A stretch of DNA of 63,944 bases, counting the filler, from Octopus bimaculoides (Eukaryota), in assembly GCF_001194135.2 (NCBI RefSeq). It is 6 parts of 6 records of this genome, joined end to end, with 100 filler letters (N's around TTAATTAATTAA, not from the genome) between each part and the next. Parts side by side here need not be neighbours in the genome. Positions count along the whole stretch, not along the records: positions 1 to 17,175 come from NC_068995.1; 5 more parts are not named here. One strand, given 5' to 3'. Shown one piece after another: positions 1-11,519 of the stretch. The translations under genes were made by a program, and so were the position numbers. A model generated the notes under the pieces. That model ran no database searches, was not told where the DNA came from, and saw only the letters and a program-made list of their open reading frames with translations. Numbering within the stretch: position 1 is the first letter of the stretch; each line of letters opens with the position of its first letter.

Positions 1-49
1 CCTAACGTATTTTTCGATGTTATAATAATAGTGATAGTAATAATAATGT

Positions 50-136
50 TTCTTCTTCTTCTTCTTCTTCTTCTTCTTCTTCTTCTTCTTCTTCTTCTTC
101 TTCTTCTTCTTCTTCTTCTTCTTCTTCTTCTTCTTC

Positions 137-200
<64 letters not shown>
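50..200. repeat. Compound microsatellite (CTT)n followed by (ATT)n
   Basis: Directly visible. Preceded (1-21) by cctaacgtatttttcgatgtt, which matches the tail segment at 18244-18261. Confidence 0.95.
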
Positions 201-202
<2 letters not shown>

Positions 203-204
203 GC

Positions 205-720
205 CCAGTGAATGGAAGCTTCGGGAAATATTTTTATGTTACTTGGGATATCACACGGATTGTAGAAAACTGCCTATTTTTCATGGTATTGTGCAACTGG
301 TCCTGACAGAAGTTTTATTCATCTGAGTAGAATCAGACCCTTCTCAGCTTAGCAGCATAACTCAACGTATGCAGGAGCTTCTTTGCCTTCGTCAAACGGT
401 TCGCTTTGGCTTTGCCAGTCCGAATTTTCCCTTGCAGCTCTTGTACGCGTGGTGCCAAGGTCTTCATGGTGGAAACACCATGCTGCTCGGATCTTCTATC
501 CAACCCTGCAGCGCTAGACGAATCCCGGTCTGCAGACAAAATCAGAACGCCTGCTGGGTCTCTTCCTCCTGACTATGACTTCGTAGTCTCTGTTGCAGCT
601 GACTATGCCACGTCTTGCAACATTTACAGTGTTCACAGAACATTGGGCAGCAGTCATGCTGTCTGCATTTTGGTAGCCAATATTGAAATGGTTTCCATTT
701 CTCCATGTCAGCTAACATTT
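205..720 (-). mobile_element. Decayed Tc1/mariner-superfamily (maT/DD37D-like) transposase fragment
   Basis: Minus-strand translation gives HEDL, then after a frameshift KAKANRLTKAKKLLHTL...RV*FYSDE*NFCQDQLHNT, resembling the WFFSDEKNFxQDQ first-Asp region. Stops and frameshifts present. Confidence 0.65.
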
Positions 721-919
721 TACTAAACTAGAGCTTTAGCTTAAATGCACTTCAATGAAGTTGAATTTTCACCAACGTGTTAAGCGCCTCTTGAAAAAAG
801 GGAGACATAAAAATCATTAAATTTATCACGAACACCCTGCGTGAATGTGTGTGCGTGTGTGCGTGCGTGTGTGCGCGCGCGCGGGGAGAGTGTGAAAGAG
901 AATGATAAACAGACACAGT

Positions 920-949
920 GATAGATAGATAAATATATGGATAGATAAT

Positions 950-1008
<59 letters not shown>

Positions 1009-1031
1009 ATAAATAGAATAATAGATAGATA
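920..1031. repeat. (GATA)n microsatellite
   Basis: Directly visible. Confidence 0.9.
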
Positions 1032-1297
1032 TTTAGAAAAGTCTAAAGTTAGCTGCACAGTAGAAACACTTCATGGCAAGCCCTAGAGGAGGGTAAACTT
1101 TATTTTCTCTGATGAGGGTAATTTACAGTAGCATGCGCTGATGTGAATGTATACACGTAGTGGTTTATGTCACCAACCCTGAAGCCTCAGTACAACTATA
1201 TTAGACATACAATCTTTAAGTACACACACACACGCACACACTCACACACACACACACATACACACACATACACATATATATATATACTTATATATAC

Positions 1298-1337
<40 letters not shown>

Positions 1338-2688
1338 ATATATATATANNNNNNNNNNNNNNNNNNNNNNNNNNNNNNNNNNNNNNNNNNNNNNNNNNNN
1401 NNNNNNNNNNNNNNNNNNNNNNNNNNNNNNNNNNNNNNNNNNNNNNNNNNNNNNNNNNNNNNNNNNNNNNNNNNNNNNNNNNNNNNNNNNNNNNNNNNNN
1501 NNNNNNNNNNNNNNNNNNNNNNNNNNNNNNNNNNNNNNNNNNNNNNNNNNNNNNNNNNNNNNNNNNNNNNNNNNNNNNNNNNNNNNNNNNNNNNNNNNNN
1601 NNNNNNNNNNNNNNNNNNNNNNNNNNNNNNNNNNNNNNNNNNNNNNNNNNNNNNNNNNNNNNNNNNNNNNNNNNNNNNNNNNNNNNNNNNNNNNNNNNNN
1701 NNNNNNNNNNNNNNNNNNNNNNNNNNNNNNNNNNNNNNATATTATAAAATATAGGATACTCCATCTCCTCGGGGTCCCATTATTATTGCTATCATCACCA
1801 TCATTATTATTAGCAATACACATCCAAAAACAAAAACAGAAACCATTCAAATCTAATTTTCATAGTTGACCCATGAAAATATACAAAACAGGATGAAAAA
1901 GTAATAGATGGCACACAACTTTCCATCCCAAATGTGCAATGAACGAGCAAACGGTAAATTTCCTCAAATCTAAACCTAAAAATGTTATATTATAATTCCA
2001 TTTACTGTTCAATTTAGAACGCTATAAAATCCGTTAGAGTAATAATCATCAAAATAAATATAAAATTTAATAAATAAATAAATAAATAAATAAATAAAGA
2101 ATGTAAGAAATAAAAAAAGAAAGAAAGAAATCATGCCGTAGAAAACAATTTTTTAAAATTATAACATTCAAACTAGAGTAAAACAAAAACACATTTAAAT
2201 GATAATAACAATAATAATAATAATGATGATAATGTTCTTAATAAATTCACTCTAAAAAACTATAGCATATACCAATATACACAATTAAAATAAAATTTAA
2301 TCTTATATCAATTCAGCGAAAATAATATATATCGCTCAGTACTATCACGTTATATTACATCTGAATATCCGTAGACCAGAAAAACGTCTTCAATGAAAAA
2401 ACACCTATAATAAAATTCTAACTCACACATACGATAATTCATACTACACTTATCTATATTCTAACTATACCTACACACACTCTAATATATATTTTAATAT
2501 ATTATACATTAAATATTAAATAAATAAATAAACTGAATAAAATCAAACAAACTCATCTTTACTTATGTACTCTACGAATGTAAACAAANNNNNNNNNNNN
2601 NNNNNNNNNNNNNNNNNNNNNNNNNNNNNNNNNNNNNNNNNNNNNNNNNNNNNNNNNNNNNNNNNNNNNNNNNNNNNNNNNNNNNNNN

Positions 2689-3193
2689 ATTCGAAAGATT
2701 TGCTTGTCAGTTGTTTGACCTAAAAAGTTCAGCATGTCACTTAGCGACTGACGATACGTACATCTCTGATCGTGACCAGGGATAATAGGGGAGAATTATA
2801 GCCATGTGCTGAGAAGAATTCTTTGGAGTTTGAATAATTCACCTTTGGAATCATGGGTGTTCCATTCTTCATCTGTATACAAACCTTATTCAAGGAACTT
2901 TTGAGCGAGATGGGGTAATCGACCGAAAGAAATTTAAATTGGTTCCCACCAGGACGATCATACGATGTGAGATCATCATGTCACACACTTATTGCTGTGA
3001 TGCATCCCATCATAGCCAGCAAAACACGCTGAGAATTTCGGCTACGCGACTTACAGAAATTCAAATTGGGCCCCGCCTGAGTGGTCATCCGATCTCTATC
3101 TCGATATGGGATAATCATGCCGCACATTTATGGTTGTACGGCATTCCATCATGTGCAGCAAAATAAACTGAAAGTAATAATAATAACAACAAC

Positions 3194-3277
<84 letters not shown>

Positions 3278-3585
3278 AGGAATTCTTTGGGATTTGAGTA
3301 ATTCACCTTTGGAAACGTGGGTGTTTTGCTCAACATCCTTAAAAAAATCTTATTCAGGGACCTTTAGAGCGGGATTGGCTACTCGACTTGAACAAAATTC
3401 TTACTGGGCCCCACCTGCGAGGTCATGCGCTATTTATCTTGATATGAGATCACCATGTCGCGTACATATGGTTGTGATGCATGTGCCTGGTTTACCCTTA
3501 CCAGACGGGTAGTCATGATGGGTATAATGGTCTTCGTATAAATTACCCCTGTGTCACTCTGATGGCATGCACTGCTCTCTCACTC

Positions 3586-3618
<33 letters not shown>
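2689..3618 (+). mobile_element. Cluster of three partial copies of a non-LTR/SINE-like repeat with (AAT)n tails
   Basis: The segment ...ccacc...ggtcat...gatatgagatca.catg...ca.tt.tggttgtgatgcat recurs at about 2905-3010, 3035-3150 and 3370-3485. (AAT)n runs at 3180-3273 and 3585-3618. Confidence 0.65.
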
Positions 3619-4350
3619 TTCATTGATTTGCCAAATGGGCGAATGATGAGGGACACAATGCAGCGACAAACATAAAGTGTGGGAGGTTTACATATAATGA
3701 AGTGATGAAATGGAAAAAAAATTAAGTATAGACGGTATACACTGGAAAACAATGGACATATGCATAGCATAGAAAGGTAAGAAAACATGGCGAGGAGGAT
3801 GATAGAGATGTGGCCCTCCTGATACAGGAAGGCTTCTAGGGATAATTGGAGGAACCCCTCTGTCCGAGATTTCCCTGAAACCCTAGGAGCAAATGCCCTC
3901 TCCAATTCCTTCTCTGCGGCTCACAGGTCTACACTTGGAGAGATACCATCCACTTTTGCTATTTTCGCAACTTTCGTCCACTTTTGATTGAACTCACGCG
4001 AGGACAGTACTTCACTCGGCACTCTCAATTTTCTTCTCATGTGAAACTTGAAGAAGTGCATGAGAGCTGAAGCAAAGTGCAATGTATCTGTCCTCGTGCC
4101 TTTCAGCCTTGTCCACCTAACAACCTCTTTCGCCACAGTCCCCCTGATTGAAGGAGAGCAGCAGTGTGATTATCACTAGAGACTGGGCCGACAGACGGAT
4201 CCGTACCACAAGTGACAGCAGCTATTCAGCATAACCCCAAATGTCAGCAATGCTCGGATGTTGAACGAGAGCGTACAGAACGGCTTCGTCATTCTGCGCG
4301 CACCTTGGACAAGTTCGAGTTTATCTCACACCGGTAGCGTCCCACGACTA
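3619..4350 (-). mobile_element. Tx1/L1-type LINE 3' end (ORF2 C-terminus with CCHC-like region) plus 3' UTR
   Basis: Minus strand reads RGTLPV*DKL, then CPRCAQNDEAVLYALVQH, then VAKEVVRWTRLKG...FFKFHMRRKLRV (ORF 3921-4136), resembling decayed Tx1 zf-RVT C-termini. Confidence 0.65.
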
Positions 4351-4399
4351 GTATGAACATCATCTTAAGCCAGTCGTTGAAGGATAAGATATTATTTAC

Positions 4400-4850
4400 A
4401 TTGGAAAATATGTAAACAATAAAAAGTCAGCACTCCTGCTTACTGGTAGGAACATCATCCTGAGGCAGTCAGTGAAGATAAAAATGATACTATTCTCAGG
4501 GATTTTCCAGTCAACACCGACAGAACGATCCAAGCTAATCGACCAGATATAGTCATTAAAGAGAGGGAATAAAATACTTGTAGATTAGTAGATTGGGTGT
4601 TCCCAGTGATAGAAATATATCCGTAAAGGAATTTGGCATACTAAGTAAATATGAGAACCTAGGAAATTGAAATAAAAGTGTCGCGGCATCTTAAAGCGAG
4701 AACTGTTCCTGTTTTTTGTGGGTTCCTTAGGTATGATAAGAAAGAGATGTCAGAAACATCTAGATAACATCCTAGGAGAATAATGTGTCAGAGAAATTCA
4801 AAATATTATGCTATCAAGTACTGCCTGCATCCTTAGAAAAATCCTATCCA
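4400..4850 (+). mobile_element. R4/Dong-type LINE restriction-like endonuclease C-terminal remnant
   Basis: DFPVNTDRTIQANRPDIVIK at 4501-4560, followed by frameshifted SDRNISVKEF..LSKYENL, LKARTVPV and EIQNIMLSSTACILRKIL. Confidence 0.8.
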
Positions 4851-4879
4851 TTTAAATATCTGTGTTGTATTACATTAAT

Positions 4880-5400
4880 ATATTTCTTACCGAAGCCATT
4901 TACACCCTGGCACTTCCAGTTGCTCAGTACAGTTTTAACATCATTATCGGGAATCTTACAGCGCTTCAACGCCTGGACAGGAAGACAAGAACACTACTAA
5001 CATCTAAGAACATGCACTACCTAAAAGCAGAGTTTGATCATCTGTACTTAGCTAAAAATAGTATGGGAAGAGGAATGGTGTAGGTAGAACTGTGCTATAA
5101 GACCTCCACTATAGCAGATACTTATCTAGTACGGAGCACTGGATACTGCAGCTTTTGTGCAAACAGGAAAGCAGCAAAAAATCGCATTGACATTAACCTT
5201 GAATTAGATGAATCTAAATCCATTGCCACCAAAGAAGTAAAACGGTTCAAGCCGACTGCAAAAAAGAAAGGGCAGAAACTGATTAAGGAGTGTTGAAGCC
5301 AGAATCCTCTGCATGGACAGTATAAACTTCGAAACAGAAATGCTGATGTAGGCCAGACAACAAATCATCAGTGGCTAAGAAGTTCAGGACAAAAACTGCA
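4880..5400 (+). mobile_element. R4/Dong-type LINE RT thumb/linker remnant
   Basis: ORF 4862-5083: AIYTLALPVAQYSFNII...LQRLDRKTRTLLTSKNMHYLKAEFDHLYLAKNSMGRGM, then ELCYKTSTI and QWLRSSG downstream. Confidence 0.8.
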
Positions 5401-6689
5401 TGACACCTCATAAATATCAAAAAAGAAAGAATCTAACGTAATACAATATCGGGAAGAGTTCGCACGCTCCCAACAACAAAAAGAACACACAATGCTGCAC
5501 ACCTCCCAACAAAACGGAGGTGTAGCAGGTGATGTAGAAATTTGTCTGAAACTTCCAAATTTTTAACAATAACAACGACCACACCAACAGCAACAACAAT
5601 AATAAATTTTACATCTTGTATGCTGATTATGTCGTGTTTAAATGGTGACTCAAAAATAGAAATCAACGTGCAGTTAAGAACAACTACATCACTATATGAA
5701 TTGGTAAATTGCCTAAACTATCAAAACAGACTAAATCAAACAGTAAGTACCTTTGAGAGTTTCATCATTATAAACTAATTGCTGGTTACAAAATGAACAC
5801 AAAAACACAAAAAAGTGAAATTGACACGAAGCAAACACAAACAGAACCGAAACAAACTTTTGAACATTTAAACACGAACCAAAAAACGAAAATGAAGCAC
5901 TCTCACAATAACATCTAAACGCACGAAATTGTTCTTTTCAAAATGAAATGATGATAAGTGAAATCAATATTAAAATTGCATGGGTAGTAATCGTTCTCAC
6001 ATCGACAATGTTCTTAATACGTGTGATGTACCAGTTCACATAATCTTTTGCACACTTGCAGAAATTGTAAACCAAGGATTATTCTCAAGTAATATGAAGA
6101 TACTTGAATAATTTTCCTTGATGCTTGAATAAGCAAAATTTCTCTTTCATACAACTTTAGAAAAAGGAATTAAATACCTATAATTTCTGGGAGTATTTTT
6201 TTTTCTCTGATTTTTCCAACATGCAAACACCACTTTTATCACAAAAACACTCTTAAACGCCGCCGGGTATTTAAAATTTAAGCAGCTTCAAGATAAGAAA
6301 TTTGCTGTAATTTCTGAGTTTCTACTAGATTTTGGAACATGCAAAACATTTATCTTTCATCCTCAGGGCATATTCAAACGCTTCGAAAATTCAAAACTTA
6401 GAACACTTTCTAGAACCGGTTATAAGTGAAGAAGATAAGTGATTGGCATATCAAAAAACCGCTCCCCTACGAGATCTGTAAATCTCATTAAAACTTCATT
6501 TAATATTGAAAACTAAATCAACAGTAACTGAAAAATAAGAAAGCAAATAATTTCTCCTCAAACTCTATCATCATTCTTATTAATCTTAGTAGTAGTAACT
6601 CGTACTGCTTTAATCATATATCTTGACATCTGTTGACTACATGGATGCAAGCACTTCCTCTTTGCCTCCTTGCCTACATGTGTTGAATC

Positions 6690-6692
<3 letters not shown>

Positions 6693-6762
<70 letters not shown>

Positions 6763-6770
6763 CATTATCT
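6693..6770. repeat. (ATT)n microsatellite
   Basis: Directly visible; lies at the apparent 3' end of the minus-strand R4/Dong remnant. Confidence 0.95.
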
Positions 6771-8465
6771 TCATTAGCATCGTTCAATTCTGTTTCCATT
6801 TCTTGTCGAGTATCTTTCTGAGCGCCTAGAACAGAGAAAAGTACTATATACATTAGTATGCCATTAAAATAAGCACACCAGATTGCTCATTTACAAAGTC
6901 ATGTGATAGAGGAAAAGGGGAAGACAGAGAGAAAAAGGAAAAATAAAAAATAAAAGAGTAAACAAATTAAATAATGAGGGGAAAAGGAAAGAAAATTCAC
7001 AGCGACAATTCTCTTCTAACTACGTGTGACATACAAGTTAAGACAATGTTTTGCACTTCCTGCATGGATGGTAAGCCAAGGAAGCTTTTTACATAAGTTT
7101 CAGTTCCTTTTTTGATCATTTCAAGTGCTCTACAATCACGGGTGTTGTAACCGTCTTGAGATTCCACATATTTTCGATGAAAAATCTTCATAATTTCTGA
7201 GCTTATCAAATGTTTTTTTGTCAAGATATTATGTCCACAGGGTATGTTCATATCAATTAATAAACAGACTTTATGGGTTTGGTCTTTCCTTTGATGATCC
7301 GGTCTGTACACACTGGGATATCGCAAAAAGTAGTTACATTTTCTCCCTCAGTTACAGTCTCAGGGTGGTGCTTTTACCATTTGTCAGCACTTTTGGTTTT
7401 ATAATGCTGACACGTTATACAGTGCAGATATTGTTCAACACTGTCTTGTCTTGATTTGTACTCTATAGGTGCTAAAACCTTACCTCCAGGGATTAGGTGG
7501 TTGACTGTTTCTATCCCATCGTTGCAGTATCGGAACTTTACGTCTACGCCATTTTTCATCAACTTCGGTACCTCTGCACTTACGTTTGCAACTCTTCTGC
7601 TCTTGTGGTACGACTCCATTTTTTTCCAGATATCCATCCGTACATTGACTCTGTGAATTTTTTCAGTCAATAATTTCCACATAAGTGGCAAACAGGACAT
7701 CGGCTCGTAAATGTCTACCGTATTGCCTTTTTCGATGTTGTTCAAGCACAACACTCGTCTACATATTGTGAACCATTCTGGTGTTACTTGGTCGGCATTT
7801 AGCAAGGTGCTGAGTTGTGTAGCTATTCGTGCATGACATTAATCAACTCTTTTGATCCAATAGCTTTGAACTCCATCTGGTCCTGTAGCCTTCTAGTTGC
7901 TCATTTCTTTGCTGATTGCTGTCACTTCCCTAACTGAAATATACTAATTCTGCCTTTTTTATAGATACTAATCTTTATTTCACTTCTTGCAACCATTTAG
8001 CACCCTTCTTGTGCTTTTTGTCTTTGCTCCAGGTGTCACTCCATTACATTTATCTTTCAATATTATTTGGTATCAACTTTTCATCTGTACACCTTTTCAT
8101 CTGTACTCCATTTATTTCTTTGTAGAATCTACACTGAATAAGCTATTCTGCTCGTAAACCTTCATTCTTTTGTCGTATTTTACCATCATTGCTTTCTTTG
8201 CAACGAGGCACTGTTTCAGTTCTTTCAATATCATACTTCTCGTTCAGAGCTCTTTATTTTTGTTCTCTTTTAAGCTCCCGCTTCTCTTTTCGGTCTAACA
8301 CGGAAATGCCCTTCGAGAGCATATCTAACACATCCTGTAATCTCCTTTTTACCATGGATATTTTCTTTTGTAACCCCCATTATATTTCTCTTTCTGATAT
8401 TCTCTTTCATACTTGCATGCTGAATGTCAGAGCCATCATTTATTCCGATGTATTTGTAAGTTTGT
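6771..8465 (-). mobile_element. Internally deleted/rearranged R4/Dong-type LINE
   Basis: ORF 7374-7805 has PEWFT...YEPMSCLPLMWKLLT joined directly to FRYCNDGIETVNHLI...LAPIEYKSRQD (CCHC region). ORF 6997-7326 has KVCLLIDMNIP...LPSMQEVQNIVLT..SHVVRR (RLE end). TYKYIGINDGSDIQHASMKE occurs at about 8400-8465. Confidence 0.85.
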
Positions 8466-8509
8466 TGTAATTTCCAGAACTAGACACTAATCTGGAAATT
8501 ATATTTTAT

Positions 8510-8597
8510 AAACCGACAGACTACGCTGATGATCCTGCAGATATTTGCTTATGTAAATTTTAACAGGTGAAACCATGGTACGTAGGTTAATCGGTTT
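8510..8597 (+). ncRNA. Type I hammerhead ribozyme motif with palindromic stem III
   Basis: CTACG (8521-25), CTGATGA (8526-32), stem II CCTG/CAGG, GAAA (8569-72), CC-AT-GG, GTA cleavage triplet (8578-80), CGTAG (8581-85). Distal stem I AAACCGA/TCGGTTT. Confidence 0.75.
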
Positions 8598-10011
8598 TTT
8601 ATTTAGTATTTTTTCATTTGTCTTCCCCTTTTACAGTCTGTTGTGTCGCTAATTTTTTTTACTGAGAACATATTTTTCGTGGTTAGATGATTCGGCATCT
8701 ATTTCTAGCATATAGGAGTACACTTTTGCTGGTCATTCCTCTTATTTTTGTATGTAATATAATTTTAATCTTCAGATTTTTTAATATGCTAGACGACTGG
8801 TTTTAATTGATTAATAGCAATTTCTACCCTCATTAATAAATCATATACATACATTCTCGTCTACGTTTGTTTGCAATGTCCTGTACCCAGATATACATAC
8901 AGGTGGATGTCGGTATGCACATACCTGTACGTATATATGCATATACTCATTTACTTTTGTTTTTACATGATTGAACGCAGCGTCTCACAAAAATTGTAAG
9001 TAGTTTTCGTAAACTTATCCTCCNNNNNNNNNNNNNNNNNNNNNNNNNNNNNNNNNNNNNNNNNNNNNNNNNNNNNNNNNNNNNNNNNNNNNNNNNNNNN
9101 NNNNNNNNNNNNNNNNNNNNNNNNNNNNNNNNNNNNNNNNNNNNNNNNNNNNNNNNNNNNNNNNNNNNNNNNNNNNNNNNNNNNNNNNNNNNNNNNNNNN
9201 NNNNNNNNNNNNNNNNNNNNNNNNNNNNNNNNNNNNNNNNNNNNNNNNNNNNNNNNNNNNNNNNNNNNNNNNNNNNNNNNNNNNNNNNNNNNNNNNNNNN
9301 NNNNNNNNNNNNNNNNNNNNNNNNNNNNNNNNNNNNNNNNNNNNNNNNNNNNNNNNNNNNNNNNNNNNNNNNNNNNNNNNNNNNNNNNNNNNNNNNNNNN
9401 NNNNNNNNNNNNNNNNNNNNNNNNNNNNNNNNNNNNNNNNNNNNNNNNNNNNNNNNNNNNNNNNNNNNNNNNNNNNNNNNNNNNNNNNNNNNNNNNNNNN
9501 NNNNNNNNNNNNNNNNNNNNNNNNNNNNNNNNNNNNNNNNNNNNNNNNNNNNNNNNNNNNNNNNNNNNNNNNNNNNNNNNNNNNNNNNNNNNNNNNNNNN
9601 NNNNNNNNNNNNNNNNNNNNNNNNNNNNNNNNNNNNNNNNNNNNNNNNNNNNNNNNNNNNNNNNNNNNNNNNNNNNNNNNNNNNNNNNNNNNNNNNNNNN
9701 NNNNNNNNNNNNNNNNNNNNNNNNNNNNNNNNNNNNNNNNNNNNNNNNNNNNNNNNNNNNNNNNNNNNNNNNNNNNNNNNNNNNNNNNNNNNNNNNNNNN
9801 NNNNNNNNNNNNNNNNNNNNNNNNNNNNNNNNNNNNNNNNNNNNNNNNNNNNNNNNNNNNNNNNNNNNNNNNNNNNNNNNNNNNNNNNNNNNNNNNNNNN
9901 NNNNNNNNNNNNNNNNNNNNNNNNNNNNNNNNNNNTATATATATATATATATCGGCTATATCAAATTTTGAATGACATATATACTGCAGCAGTACGCGAC
10001 TGTAACATAAC

Positions 10012-10686
10012 ATTGCCAAAGAAATGTGGAGCTCAATACAGGAGAATGCTACTGAGGTTTATGGCCCCATGAGGACATCTGATGAAGCTGGCTAACCACT
10101 CACATTCTGTGTCCTATTAACATTTGCGAGGGGATTTCATCGCTCCCATCACTAGCCTTACGTGATGCACATGGACCCGGGCTTCTGGGTGGTTACCCGT
10201 CCTGACTGTGTGTTAATCCCATGCTAGTGATGAAAATTCATTCCACTCGCAAAATACTATATGATCTTTCCAGCGACAAACTATCGCTGAGCTGGGGCTA
10301 TAAATGTCAGTAGCCCTATCCTGTATAAAACATCACACTTGGTTGTCAATAATATGTTATGGTTTCGTACTGCTACTGTTTATATCTTGCTCAGAGGTTT
10401 AACATAGCTTATTTCTCTTTTTTCGAGATCAGCGACAGTTTGTCGCAGGAAAAGGCATATACAATTTTGCGAGTGAAATGAGTTTTCATCACTAGTGTGT
10501 GGTTAACACACGCTGAAACTCGAGACCATGTGTATCACGTAATGTTAGAAATGGGAGCCATGACCCCCACCCTCGTAAATAGTAACCGAACACAGAATGT
10601 GTATGGTTAGCCAGCGTGAGGGGATGTCCTCTTGGGGCTATAAACGTCAATAGCACTGTCCTGTGTAAGACGCCACACTTGGCAAT
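10012..10686. mobile_element. Foldback/MITE-like element with about 270 bp imperfect inverted arms
   Basis: 10012-10290 is the diverged reverse complement of 10429-10686 (e.g. gctggctaacca/tggttagccagc, ctagtgatgaaaa/ttttcatcactag, cactcgcaaaat/attttgcgagtg). Confidence 0.8.
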
Positions 10687-10699
10687 TATATATATATGC

Positions 10700-10736
<37 letters not shown>

Positions 10737-10745
10737 GAAAATATG

Positions 10746-10779
<34 letters not shown>

Positions 10780-11374
10780 GATATATATATATATATACAC
10801 ACTAATGTGTCTGTACATTTACACATATAGATATGCGAACATATGCATGCGTACCGTACAAGTACGGTACGCACTCAAGTTGCCACGTGTACACTTACAA
10901 TAGCATATAATCCTATGCGAAATAAACATGAACTAATTTATAAACACAGATTAAAAGGTATTTTCTTAAGTGCCAACATTCATTTTATTAAATGTCAATA
11001 TGAGACGAGTAACAGCAATAAAAAAGAAAATCAATGTTTACATCACTTAAGATCCGTTACATGATTCTCCATTCATACTACAAAAGTACCGGGAGCTATG
11101 AAAGTCAATTGTTTATAACGTATCAAATCCTGCTTCAAAAGAGGAATATTCTTTTAACTGTGTTTACCCGAATTGTTTGTTGAGATTTCCTTTTGTGTTA
11201 CTATACGCTGTGAAAGTTTTATGTAAAGGAAAGCGTATTCACAACACGAGACACTTGACATGATCAATAATACTCCTCCACAAACAAGCACTCACATACA
11301 CACGCTCATATACTTATACTTGCATGTATACTAATGCCTCTGAGTGTTCATGCGTGTATAGCTATATACTGTGC

Positions 11375-11379
<5 letters not shown>

Positions 11380-11405
<26 letters not shown>

Positions 11406-11431
11406 TGTATGTATGTATGTATGTATGTATG

Positions 11432-11471
<40 letters not shown>
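11380..11471. repeat. (TATG)n-(TATC)n microsatellite
   Basis: Directly visible. Confidence 0.95.
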
Positions 11472-11472
<1 letters not shown>

Positions 11473-11519
11473 GTGTAATGGATGTTCGGGCAAGATTTGA
11501 CGATATTTACGTTTCTGTT

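Noticed and set aside
31-306. Poly-Leu/Ile/Asn/His/Tyr-Ile ORFs throughout the track
   Set aside because: Direct translations of (CTT)n, (ATT)n, (TA)n, (CA)n and (GAT)n repeats.
1105-1185. TGATGA ... CTGA ... CTGA arrangement resembling a C/D box snoRNA
   Set aside because: Box C lacks the purine, no convincing terminal stem, and no rRNA complementarity that I can recognise.
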